Positions 1 to 11,405 of a stretch of 64,000 bases of DNA are shown here, piece after piece. The DNA is from Octopus bimaculoides (Eukaryota): the NCBI RefSeq assembly GCF_001194135.2, contig NC_068981.1, positions 34,619,648-34,683,647 of the forward strand. Direction: 5' to 3'. The notes under the pieces are model-generated. The model ran no database searches. It had not been told where the DNA came from and was given only the letters and a program-made list of their open reading frames with translations. The stretch's first letter is position 1. Every line of letters begins with the position of its first letter. A program made the position numbers and the translations under genes.

Positions 1-160
1 CACTTCAGTGCTTAGTGGTTCGGCAACAGACACCAATGGAATAGATACCAGACTTTTAAAAAGTAAGTACAGGAGTCAATTTCTTGGACCGAAACCCTTC
101 AAGGCGATACCCCAGCAAAGCCGCAGATCATTGACTGAAACAAGTTTAAGATAAAAGATT
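1..160 (+). mobile_element. SINE family A (CORE-type), 3' half, degenerate
   Basis: ttagtggttcggcaacagacacc...gactgaaacaagtttaagataaaaga aligns by eye to the 3' half of the full copies at 15290-15690 and 46125-46555. Confidence 0.75.
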
Positions 161-399
161 ATCGTTAAAATGATATTGGGATTATGACACTAAGGTAAGT
201 GAAGGATGACTGAATAGTTAAAAAAAGTTCGCTTCGCAGTCTCCAAAGTATTCAACCATGGTGTTCGATCCCCACTGTGTGGAATCTTTGACTCATACCG
301 TGTGAGTGAAACAGAATAGTTGGAAACTGCATAGAATCCTGTCGGGTGGATTACACTTGTAATTCCAATAAGTACTGCCTTGGTATACACAAGGGCTAT

Positions 400-961
400 G
401 CTAAAGGTTCACGTACAAGGTTTATTCTAGAAGTTTTGAGGCGTTTTAGGAGAAGCAGTTATAATTGTCCAAAATTATAGTGTATCACTACTATACATCT
501 AATAAGCTGACCTGCCAACTTCTTATTCCAGGCTGAAGGAGACGATTGTAACACACTGGATACACACTACTAAACTCAGCTTGTCACGACCTACTGCAAA
601 CAATTTGTCACTGTTCCATCCTGGTAACCAACAACTTGGCAGATATAAGCATCAAAAATGTCCTTCACCCTCGCTACAGTCCAGACCTTAGTCTCTGTAG
701 CTTTTGGTCGTTCACCAAGCTGATGGAGAAACTCAGGAATAATCGTTTTGAAGACTGAAAAGATGATGAGGGCTGTGACAAGGGTCCCGGACACCTTCAC
801 TTTGAAAGACTTCCATGGGGCCTCCCCGAAGGGGCAGGAGTGCTACAAGAACATTAAAGTCAAAGGATCCTTCTTTGAAGGAGATTAAGGTTTTGTACTC
901 ATTTGAAATGAATAAATATCTCTCCTTAACAAGTCTCAGTGCTTCTGGAATACACATCGTA
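400..961 (+). mobile_element. Mariner transposase 3' fragment with right TIR (pseudogenised)
   Basis: From 666 it translates HPRYSPDLSLCSFWSFTKLMEKLRNNRFED (mariner YSPDL motif). After a frameshift it reads AVTRVPDTFTLKDFHGA...GSFFEGD*. ILEVLRRFRR lies near 425-455. It ends in a TIR-like ctggaatacacatcgta at 945-961; no left TIR seen. Confidence 0.85.
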
Positions 962-1052
962 TCTATGGAGTGCTCAGCTACTTACAGATTAATTCGAGGG
1001 CAGGTAATTCATTTGATAGAACAACTAAATCTTCAGCATCGTACGACGGAGA
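962..1052 (+). mobile_element. SINE family C 3' fragment, degenerate
   Basis: ctatggagtgctcagctacttacagattaattcgagggcagg...tacgacggag resembles the 3' end of the copy at 45476-45768. Confidence 0.6.
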
Positions 1053-1227
1053 TCCATCATTATGTCTTTAAGTTATATATGAATTCAACAACCAAAAGAT
1101 TGCTATTTGGACCAAGTTGAGTCTTATTCAGATTCATTACAGTCAACACTATATCTAGTAGATCTATTATATGTATTCCATTTATATCTAGAATGTTTTA
1201 TAGGAAAATTAATCGATTTTATTAATT

Positions 1228-1335
1228 GTTTTATCGACCTCGAAGGGATGAAAGGCAAACTTCATTTCGTAAAGGGCCGTAACTAAATACCGTGATCACT
1301 TTGTTCGATGCTCGAACGATTCTGCTAATTTGCTA
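1228..1335 (-). mobile_element. SINE family B (Meta-domain-like), degenerate
   Basis: The reverse complement contains tttgcctttcatcccttcgaggtcgataaaa, the central block of family B. Confidence 0.7.
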
Positions 1336-1427
1336 TCTCGAGGAGACAATTAAACTTTAAATAATTAACCTAATCCAATAAAATATTTCTGGTCTTGCTC
1401 TATAATAGATAAATTAAACGCAGACAT

Positions 1428-1795
<368 letters not shown>

Positions 1796-1814
1796 AAATA
1801 AAAACTAGTAAGGT

Positions 1815-2245
1815 GTGGCTGTGTAGTAAGAAGCTTGCTTCTCAACCACATGATTCCGGGTTCAGTCTTACTGTGTGGCACCTTGGGCAAGTATCTTCTA
1901 CTATAGTTTCTGGCCGATCAAAGTCTTGTGAGAAGATTTAGTAGATGGAAATTAAAAGAAACCCGTCGTATGAATGTGTGTGTGTTTGTACCCCTACCAT
2001 CGCTTGACAACTGATGCTGGTGTGTTTGTTTCCCCATAATTTTGCGGTTCGGCAAAGGATAACGATAGAATAAGTACTAGGCTAACAAAGAATAAATCTT
2101 GAGGTCGATTTCTTCCAGCATGGCCGCAGTCAAATGACTGAAACAAGTAAAAGAATAATAGAAACAATTTGTTCGACTATTAGCCTCCTAGGCTATGCCC
2201 CAGTGTGGCCACAGTCGAATGGCTGAAATGAATAAAAGATTAAGG
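1815..2245 (+). mobile_element. SINE family A, near full length, plus a duplicated 3' tail
   Basis: gtggctgtgtagtaag head, ccttgggcaagtatcttctactatag CORE-like block, end gactgaaacaagtaaaagaat at about 2155; a second 3' tail follows at 2165-2245. Confidence 0.85.
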
Positions 2246-2546
2246 GAAATCAAAATATGTCATTATTAAAGTGTATAGAGAAAGACTAATTCATGCAAAG
2301 AATCCAGGATTTCGCGTAGGCTGAAGTTTTTATATTCTCTTCATTTCTTCAGTTCAATTTTCTTGTATCCTTGATTTTTAACGTGTGTTTTCAATTGTGA
2401 ATGTAGAGCAAAGGTAGGGAAACTGCAATAGTAAGGCCTTCTGAAATGCTATTTGCAGCTCACTGTAGATTTTCAAGTGTCATATGCAATTTTGTGAATG
2501 AAGTACAACGTTTGAGGGGGAAATTGTTATATTGGAATATATTCTA

Positions 2547-2673
2547 CAGGGTGTCCACACGGTCTGGGTACATGGAGTAAATAAAATCATAACATAAACA
2601 ATTAAATATAAGAAATAATAATTTCTTAAAGTATGTGTTGATCCCCATGTACCCAGACTTTGTGGACACCCTG
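2547..2673. mobile_element. Tc1/mariner-type MITE (127 bp)
   Basis: 29-bp TIRs cagggtgtccacacggtctgggtacatgg and ccatgtacccagactttgtggacaccctg (27/29 match), flanked by TA at 2545-2546 and 2674-2675. Confidence 0.9.
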
Positions 2674-3099
2674 TATTTACGTAAAGACTTGTAAAGTTTT
2701 TTTCAGCGGAGTGCATATTGTGATAACACTTATTCCTTCATTTATCTACCTTTGTAAATTAACCGTCAGGGGGCTCATTCCGAAACTCCGAATTATTACA
2801 TTATTTTCATGTTTTTATGAATAAAGATATCTGATAAAATAATTTTTTACATTTTTTATTTAAGTTTTATTTATTCATTNNNNNNNNNNCGGAATTCAGA
2901 CTTTTCTGCAAGTTGTTGATATTGATGCTGAATCATTTGAGGAATGTACTCAACCAATCCGATTCTAACTTTCCAGACTGTTAACTTCATGTTTAGTATA
3001 AGAAAAAAGTTAAGTTTGTGTTTACGCCTACACTATTATTCGATCAGTTTGATCTTCACTCACATGGACATGTATGTGTGCGTGTCAGTGTGTGTGTGT

Positions 3100-3136
<37 letters not shown>

Positions 3137-3544
3137 TGTGTGTTTCGCCAGCAGAAAAAGCGATGACGTTCTCTTGTTGCCTTTGCCACTGTCAGAAATA
3201 CGGAGAACCAACCTGTGATTAGTTTGTGGGAAGCCTATAATCATCGGCGCTATTGTTCTCAAATTCCTTTACAAATAAATAAATAAAGTGTCATGGTCAC
3301 TTCCTTTTCATAACAAGTACGGCTATCATCGGTGTTTGCTTTTATCCTGGTTATATTAGTAGATTAGTAAGCGTCGAGAGTCAAATCCCGCCGTGGTCTA
3401 TAAAACAAATACAAAGAGTTACTGGGTTCATCAAGCCGACAGAGCATTTTTATAAATACTACTATATTTCATGTTTTGTTATATTACTTGTTTCAGTTAA
3501 TTCGACTGCGGTCATGTTGGGACATCGCCTTGAAGCGTTTAGTC

Positions 3545-4028
3545 CAGGGTTCGGGGAACTTTTTTAACCAATTACCCCCAAATATATTTATTTATTCCGT
3601 CGTTACCCCCCTTGATGTGAAAGGAAGATAATCATAGATTCTTTCAATTCAAAAGGTTTATTGAATCTATTTACATGAAGAAAACAATTATAAATATTAA
3701 AAGTATAAAAGAAATGCGATAAAATAAATTAATATCCTCATTATGAAACAACAGGATTTTTCTAGAAACTTTTTCACTTCAGGTTTTGGCGGAATGATGT
3801 TCACAACGCCTTACCAACCAAATTGTTTGTAGTTCAAAATGGCGTAACGTCTCCTAAACACATCCATTACATTAGACAGATGCAGTGTTACCAGAAGAAA
3901 ATTTTCTGTCGTAACAAGGAACACGTATTTTTTTATATAATTTTAATTATGTCTAATGACTCCGCATTACCCCAAGAATTTAATTTTTACCCCATTTGGG
4001 GTTATTTGCCCCGGTTCGCCAACCTCTG
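3545..4028. mobile_element. hAT-type MITE (484 bp) inserted in a SINE A 3' tip
   Basis: Imperfect TIRs cagggttcggggaac and gttcgccaacctctg (11/15). 8-bp TSD gtttagtc (3537-3544) and gtttagcc (4029-4036). SINE A sequence continues across the insertion. Confidence 0.8.
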
Positions 4029-4204
4029 GTTTAGCCGAACATATGGACCCAGTTCTGGTTTGTTTATGTTCCCGTAATTTATCGGCTCGGCAAAGGAAAC
4101 TCATAGAACAGGTAACAGACACTAGGAATGTGTGTAGTGGGTTCGATATGTTGGACTAAACCCTTCAAAGCAGTACTTTAGTATGACCGTAGTAAGCAGT
4201 GTGA

Positions 4205-4800
4205 AAATAATGAGATGGTCACAGTCGAAACTTTTTCAGTCATAGGTCTACTGAATTGGATCAAATAACAACAGCAACAGCAACAATAACAACGGGAAGG
4301 AAAGATACGCGTTGGAACGTAACCCAAGGTACACCATATGCAAAAAAAAAGCAAAGCAAAAAAAAAAGAAAGAAAACAAGATATTAAAAAGAATGAGTGG
4401 TCAAAACTGAAACGTTTCTGATCATGTTTTTTTAATCAGGACTGATGTGAGGCTAAACAATGACAACATTGACAAAAACAGCAGCAGCAGCGCTGATTGC
4501 AACATCGATGACGACAACCCAATGAAGAGGACTATACTCGACCTGCCAGAAGAAATAGCTAGCTAAATTTCCCTCAGATCAGTCTTTATTCACTTTTTTT
4601 TTTAAATGGATACACTGAACAATGTAGTCCTCAAAAATAGCAAAAGGATGGTCAAGGTTGGAACGGTTTTGATCATGCGTCTGCTTAATCAGGACTGACC
4701 TGGTAGAGAAAACGAGACTATCAATGACAAAAGCGAGGTCTCCTTTATCAGCAGCGGCAGCAGCAGTGGCAGCAGCAGCAACAACAACAACAACAACGTC
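4205..4800 (+). mobile_element. Three tandem 3' segments of SINE-like family D with (CAA)n/(CAG)n tails
   Basis: The block gatggtcac/ggtcaa...tttgatcat...aatcaggactga recurs at about 4210, 4395 and 4645, each followed by caacaa/cagcag runs. Confidence 0.7.
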
Positions 4801-4869
4801 TAACCTCCTTCATGCCCTCACATTTCCACAGCTTTATCAAGTCGTCAGGAATTAGGTCAACCCTTTGTC

Positions 4870-5470
4870 CTCCTCTCACTGTCATTTTTTCTCTACTAAC
4901 CAACTCCCAATTTCTCTTTTTCTCTAACTCAGTCTCTCCTTCTCTCGCTTATTCTCTTTCTCCCTCTTTCTTTTCTCTTCTCGCTGTTTCTTTTACTCAC
5001 CCTTTATGTTTCCTCTTCCTTTCTTTCACTATTTCTCTTACTCATTTAGTTTTCTTTATCGCTTTCCTTTTCTCTGCCTGCTTTTTCTATATCTCTCACT
5101 TTTCTCTTTCTTTCTGACTCTCTCACAAACTGTTCACTCATTTGTCTTTTGACCCCCTCTATTTCTCTCTCTGTCTTTCTTTCTCTTTCTCTCTCTCTCC
5201 CTCCCCGTCTCTCTCTCTCTTATACACACATACACACACACATACACACAGGGACTCTATGTCTCATTCTCTCATGTTATTCATAGCCTCTCTATATCTG
5301 TCTCTCTGTCTTTATTTCTCTTGTTTTTCACCATTTGCCTCTCCCTCTCTTTCTCTCCACATCTGTTTTCCTTACTCCCTTTCTCTCGTACCCTTTCTAT
5401 CCTTCTTTCTTCCTCCCATATTTCTGTCTCACTATCTCCCTATCTCTCCCATTGTTTCTGGATTTCACTA
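4870..5470. repeat. CT-rich low-complexity pyrimidine tract
   Basis: About 600 bp of degenerate (CT)n/(CTTT)n with a short (CA)n. Confidence 0.9.
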
Positions 5471-5805
5471 TCGTCCTTCTCAGCACAATAAGAGACACCT
5501 TTCCACTCCGGTTCAACACCCTTTCACCTAACTGTCCACTCTTTAATTATCCTTTTCGCTTTTTATTATTTACTCTTTTAATATTATTTCGTTCCATTCT
5601 TAAATTACGTGTTACTATATTTTTTAACATTCATATTTATAAATATTTTTTTAAATATTTGTTTGGCCTTGCAGAAGGAGTTCTGCCATGGCTTTCGTAA
5701 GATCTCAAAGACCAGACAGATAAATGCGGTTAATATTCCTTCCTCATCCATGCAACCACCACCTGTCTATGAAACTTTGTGCAGCTGAATAAATCTATAC
5801 ACACA

Positions 5806-6008
5806 TGTTGTTGGCACTCCGTCGCTTACGGCATCGAGGGTTCCAGTTGATCCGATCAACGGAACAGCCTGCTCGTGAAATTAACGTGCAAGTGGCTGAG
5901 CACTCCACAGACACGTGTACCCTTAACGTAGTTCTCGGAGATATTCAGCGTGACACAGAGTGACAAGGCTGACCCTTTGAATTACAGGCCCAACAGAAAC
6001 AGGAAGTA
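5806..6008 (-). mobile_element. SINE family C, 5'-truncated copy
   Basis: Near-identical to 6075-6270 (ttggcactccgtcgcttacg...gaattacagg). Confidence 0.9.
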
Positions 6009-6074
6009 ATTTTAGGATGTGCACTTTGGTAATGGCTGCTCTTGTGAGTAGGAATTGAGCGTCTAGTTCCTGGT

Positions 6075-6432
6075 TGTTGGCACTCCGTCGCTTACGACGT
6101 CGAGGGTTCTAGTTGATCCAATCAACAGAACAGACTGCTCGTGAAATTAACGTGCAAGTGGCTGAGCACTCCATAGACACGTGTACCCTTAACGTAGTTC
6201 TCGGGAATATTCAGCGTGACACAAGGTTGACCCTTTGAATTACAGGCACAACAGAAACAGGAAATAAGAGTGAGAGAAAGTTGTGGTGGAAGAGTACAGC
6301 AGGGTTCGCCACCATCCCCTGCCGAAGCCTCGTGGAGCTTTTAGGTGTTTTCGCTCAATAAACACTCACAACGCCCGGTTTGGGAATCGAAACCGCGAGT
6401 CCGCTGCCCTAACCACTGGGCCATTGCGCCTC
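6075..6432 (-). mobile_element. SINE family C, full length with tRNA-derived head and 12-bp TSD
   Basis: The minus strand starts ggcgcaatggcccagtggttagggcagcgg (A box) then ggtttcgattccc (B box). It is flanked by ctagttcctggt at 6063-6074 and 6433-6444. Confidence 0.92.
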
Positions 6433-6599
6433 CTAGTTCCTGGTAAATGGGTGAATTTGCAATCAGTGTCGGTGCACAGCCTCTTGCGTAATGAATAACG
6501 GCATATTTTGGGGGGTTTCGTGCGTAGGCTGTGAGTGGCATAGATTTTAATTTGTGTACATTTGTGTTTGGCAAATTCATTAAGGAGTCATCAAGCAAG

Positions 6600-7020
6600 C
6601 ATTTAGTCGGTTGATCACAAATTGGAATAGTAGTAGTAGGTTGAAGCTGTGTCTGTTGCTGTTTTTGTGGTGACTGTTGTAGTTGTAATTGTCGTTGCTG
6701 TGGTGGTGATTCTTGTTGTATTTGTTGCTGTTGTTGAAGATTTGATGGGTGGGTAATAAACTCTGGTTGAATGGGCTGTGAACAGCTGGAATCTGAGAAG
6801 TTGACCGTTTCATTAAGTAGGTCATCAATTGTGGTTGAATTAAGGGGTGTTAGAGGTTGGGGCTGAGTTAGTTATTGTTGCTGTGATGGTTGTTGTTGTT
6901 GTTGTTGTTGCTGCTGCTGTTGCTGTGGTGGTTGTCGTTGCCGTGGTGGTGGTGGTGGTGGTGGTGGTGGTTGTCGTTGATGTTATGGTTATTGTTGTTG
7001 CTGTGGTGGTGGTCGTTGTT
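6600..7020. repeat. Degenerate trinucleotide low-complexity region (GTT/GTG/GCT)n
   Basis: Read directly from the sequence; it produces the poly-V, poly-T and poly-H ORFs in the track. Confidence 0.9.
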
Positions 7021-7317
7021 CCTATTGAACAGTATTTCAAGAGAAAACACGTTGGAGTGTTTCAAAATGTCTGTTGATTAAAATGCCGCTTCAATTTGTT
7101 TTAGTTTGTTTTGAATCTGCTTCACGGAGCGATTTCTTAAGAACTGTACGTCTGTCTATTAGGTCTCAGCACAATGTGTGTATGTTCTCTGTTTGGGAAA
7201 AACAGTACCATGAATTTATTAGAAGGTCTATTTCATTCTCAGACTATTTTTGTTTAGATTTTTGTTGTTGAGTAGTCATCCTAGAGTTTTGGTTTTTTTA
7301 AAAACTATATTTGTTAA

Positions 7318-7712
7318 TTAGGCGTAACTACAGATTCCTGCCCCCTCCCGACTTTGGATGATGATAACTTTCAGAAAAATGGATATTTTTTAATGAAATT
7401 TTCTACGAATATGTGTTATATCATGTAGATTCCGAATATGTGTTTTAGGAGGGGTGGAGTTAGGAATTTCAGAAAATTCACTGGCGTCCACTTCAATTCG
7501 TTTTAACTTTCAAGAAAATAGATATTTTTTAATGAAATTTTCTACAAGTATACTTCGGACTATGTACATTCCGAAAACATAGGAATTTGGGGGAAAACAA
7601 TTGGAGCTTACTCTTGAGGACCGTTCCCCACTCGGGGGTGTTTCGGAACAAGTCGTCCATATTTGTTTCATTTTCTCCGTTTTGTGCGTTTGTGCATCCG
7701 TAGATTTCTAGT
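7318..7712. mobile_element. Unclassified interspersed element with an internal ~139-bp direct duplication, ending in CTAGT
   Basis: aactttcagaaaaatggatattttttaatgaaattttctac at 7366 is repeated at 7505. The segment ends gtagatttctagt. Boundaries are uncertain. Confidence 0.4.
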
Positions 7713-7803
7713 CCTCACACGCACATATATATGTAATTGAAAAAGTTCAAACGGGGAATTATTCTATTCTATTCAATGTCTTTCTGTTAGAAAACAAAGA
7801 ATG

Positions 7804-7922
7804 TTTCCGTCTACCAAATCCACTCACAAGGCTTTGGTCGGCCCGAGGCTATAGTAGAAGACACTTGCCCAAGGTGCCATGCAGTGGGACTGAACCTGGA
7901 ACCATGTGGCTCGTAAGCAAGC
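7804..7922 (-). mobile_element. SINE family A, 5' half only (tRNA head plus CORE-like block)
   Basis: tttccgtctaccaaatccactcacaaggctttggtcggcccgaggctatagtagaagacacttgcccaagg is near-identical to 46420-46490. Confidence 0.9.
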
Positions 7923-8734
7923 GACATATATACGATATATACATCCATAATATATATATATCACTTATAACATAGTAATACTAATAACCTGCTGTTAGAA
8001 TACGATATGCTTCAGGAAAAAGCATTAGTCGAGTATAGAGCGTAATAAGAGATTATATAGTTGACAAGAGAACGATAAACTATCTAAGGAATTTCATTAG
8101 CTTACACCTTTTCTCTCCTTGGCAACTAGTCCAAGACTCCTGAGCCTCAAAGTGGACCCTAATCCCAACACATCTCCTATCACCTTATCTCTACAGGAAG
8201 GCATATTGCCTTAGCATCATTGATGCTCGCTTCCCAGGGAACTCTCAGCCTTCCTATCTTTACTATATTTCTTTCCTTGAACTACATGACAAGGACGGAT
8301 TTTTTGGTGGAAAGATGTGTAAAGTATAATTTACCATCTAGAACTACAAAGTCCCCTCCCATTTGGGATCATTCTTCTTGGCTACCGTGGCTGTTCCTGC
8401 AGCGTTCGTCTTTCCTACAAAACTTTATCACTCCATGCTCCACCACGTGTGGTCACTTGCCGTTGTTAACTCCCTTTATCATTTCTGCCACATTTGCACA
8501 GACCACTCGCCTCAATTTTCCAACACTTTATGTTTGCACGACGTGAAAGCATGGCATAGACGGAGCCAATAAGAAAGAAAGAAAGAGAGGGGAGGAAGAG
8601 AGGGAGATAGAAAGAGAGAGAACAGCTACTATAAGTTCTCGAAGCCCATGCATATCTATTTTGTAACAGATACTACCGTCTTGAGACAAGCCGAAAGGGC
8701 CGTGCTCGTCGAAGCTTATTGGAAAACAAGAAAA

Positions 8735-8945
8735 ACGTCATTATATTGTTGTTGGTTTTGTCAATGTTTAGACTCAAGTCAACTCTGATTGTGTAGATCA
8801 ATGTGCAAAGGCATTCCGACTGTGACCTTCCCATCTTTTTATAAGTATATAATGGCAGAAATACGCTGTTCAGTGTTGTCTTTTCGCAAGAGAGTAGGGC
8901 GTGATTTGAAAGAGATTTAGCTACTATTTCAAGCTCACTGATGTA
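8735..8945 (-). mobile_element. SINE-like family D
   Basis: Tail ttgttgttg, then aaaggcattccgactgtgaccttcccatc and gatttgaaagagatttagctactatttc, matching the reverse complement of family D. Confidence 0.7.
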
Positions 8946-9329
8946 AATGAGTGAAAGTAAGTCTTTATGTTTGATTGTTGAAATATTGTATTTATAAGAG
9001 GGCTCATTCTCGAGGAATTCACTGAGAAAAGACAAGTCACTTAAAAGTTCAATCCAAAAAGAGATCAGATGTGACCACGTCTTTGAAAAATAGAGGTCAG
9101 TTTAAAAAAGCTATGATTTTCTAAAATAAAATCCATCGATAATAGCTTAAGAGGGAAAAGTGCTTTTATTAAAACAGATTGCTACCTGTTTATTTAATTG
9201 TAGTTCACTGCGGTCAAGCTTCATCAATACCTCTAAGTAGAAATATACTTCCTCGAGAATAAATGACCATATAAACAAATTGCAACGGAAAGTCGATAAC
9301 GGAATTTCATTGAATAACAGTAAAATACA

Positions 9330-10400
9330 TGTAAAAACCACAGAAGTTCAGTTTCCCTTTGACTATATTGAATACAACCATAAATCACAAATATAATGCT
9401 TAAGGGCAGTGAAATTGCTCAGTTTACCAGGAGAACAACACAGCTTTACTGCTCTAACAAGTCCTAGAGTTTATAATCAATCGATATAAGAAATACTAGA
9501 TAATGAAAGACAAAAAGAATGAAACAGCCACTATTTTACACCTTTGAGTCACATGCAGAAAATATGTATTTGCAGCATGGTATTTTATTTGTCAAAATCG
9601 AACAATCTATACTGTATTGAACTTTCAAGCTCTTTAATTATTCCGACAGCTAATCAATATTTGTTATATTTTGCCTTAAATCGAATTATGTAGCAGAGTC
9701 CAGAAAGATTTTTTTACATTATTACTGAACGTTATAAGTTGTTTGAAATGTAACGTGCTGTTCTTTGGGTTAGAAGAGCTGTGTTATAAAAATAGAAGAA
9801 AGTGTATGGCTAACTCGGCGAGATATTAGACTAGTCGAGATGTCAGCAGTTTTCAATATTTAACACTGCACTGTCCATGGTTAAAAAAACATCACAGCAC
9901 CCAAATGATTGTTAACGGTGATGTATCAAAGAACCACAGCATAAGAACAACTCTGGTGTACGCAGAAGCGTAAAATTGTAAATGAAACAGTTTCATTGGT
10001 TTTCAATACTTGAAAAAGGACTGGGCTCTACAGAGCTGACTTGCACTAGATGCATTATATGAAATCGAAATCGTCAGTGAAAAAATAAACGTGAATGTAG
10101 TTATATCGGTTTTAAAACATAAAGCGTAAAGGCCTTTATTAAACTATGGAGGTCTCTTTTATGTGAAGTGGCTTATTGGAAAATGGGATTTTTCGTGTTC
10201 CTCCTCCTCTCGATCATTAGCCGTGTTAATGATGTGAAATTACTTCAAAAAGAGTTCGAAAAGGGGTTTGTGGAATCGGCTTGATCCATTTTATACGAGC
10301 GAGTGTGGTTACATTAAAACGAAATAATCAACAACAGTTTTGCTGCAAAATTTAAAACGCATCTAATTAGTAGATATCGGTGAAGGCTTCTGAAATGTAC
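9330..10400 (+). pseudogene. Possible highly degraded hAT (Charlie/SPIN-like) transposase remnant
   Basis: Weak motifs occur in the expected order across frames: FPLTILNTT, EIAQF, YCIEL-QAL (cf. HCIIHQQAL), ALNR, AVLWVRRAVL (cf. EVRWLSRGKVL). Many stops and frameshifts; needs tblastn/HMM confirmation. Confidence 0.35.
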
Positions 10401-11405
10401 CACTTTATCAGAAGCAGTACATCCTCACTGATTAGAGTCATAGAAAAGAATAGTATGAAGCATACCACACAACCTGTTGTGGGAGACACAAGGTTTCAGT
10501 AAGGCTCCAATTGTGCAATGGTTTATAGGATTCCAACCATCAGCATGATTTTTTCCAGACAGGCGGCGAACTGGTAGAGTCATGAGAGGAGAAGATAAAA
10601 TGCGTCGCAGGATTTATTCCGACTCCGCGCTCTTAGATCAAATGTTACAGAGGTCAGCTTTGTTTTTATCCTTTTGGTGTCTATAATAAAGTACCAATCC
10701 AGAATTGGGGATTGGTGGAACTGTAAAAACATTGTACCGGTTACATTGTGCTGCCTGTTCCGGCTATTTGCGTTTCTGTGTTCAAATCGTGCCGTGGCCT
10801 ACATGAGTGATAGATTTAATCTGTTATCCGGTTTAATATCACCACCAGTCACCTCGGGTGTTTTTAGCGGTGTCTACTCAGTTGCAGGCATTTGCATCAG
10901 GTCTCTGGTTTTAGGATATCTTCCTCTCCATCCAGCAGTCTCGAAAACTCTTTAAAAAATCATGGACACTATTTTCCTTTCTGACTGAATGAGAGAAAAA
11001 ACGAAACAACTGTATACTTGCAACGAACCAATGAAGAAATCTCGATCCAGATGCTCGACCTTCTAGAAATATCTGCTTAATCTCTCTCAAATCACAATAT
11101 ATAAAACAAGAAGAACACCATGTGTAATATAATTCTAGTTTCAGTTTGCCTAAACTCAAGACAGTATGATCACAGCCGAAACAATAAAAGGTCTTTCCTA
11201 TCGAAGTACACACACACAGACACTAACACTCTCATGCACACAAGTTCACATCCATAAGTCGGGAACAAAAGCACTTACAATATAAGTAATATAGCGGGTA
11301 CAGTTTTATATAGCGAAGTAATTATATTACTGGTTATGGGACATAACTGATCAGAATGGTACCATCAATTTCGCGTCAACCAGTAATATAGTGCTTGACG
11401 ATGTG

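Noticed and set aside
6340-6432. tRNA-like sequences (also near 15620-15680, 46490-46555 and 53140-53200)
   Set aside because: They have A and B boxes but no complete cloverleaf or acceptor stem, and each continues into a SINE body; they are SINE heads.
6840-7081. Poly-T/poly-H/poly-V ORFs resembling mucin or His-rich proteins
   Set aside because: Translations of a degenerate trinucleotide repeat, open in several frames on both strands, with no splice or domain support.
10800-10875. Minus-strand peptide GGDIKPDN resembling a kinase catalytic loop
   Set aside because: It lies in a 24-codon frame bounded by stops, lacks the HxD histidine, and has no plausible splice sites or other kinase motifs; likely chance.
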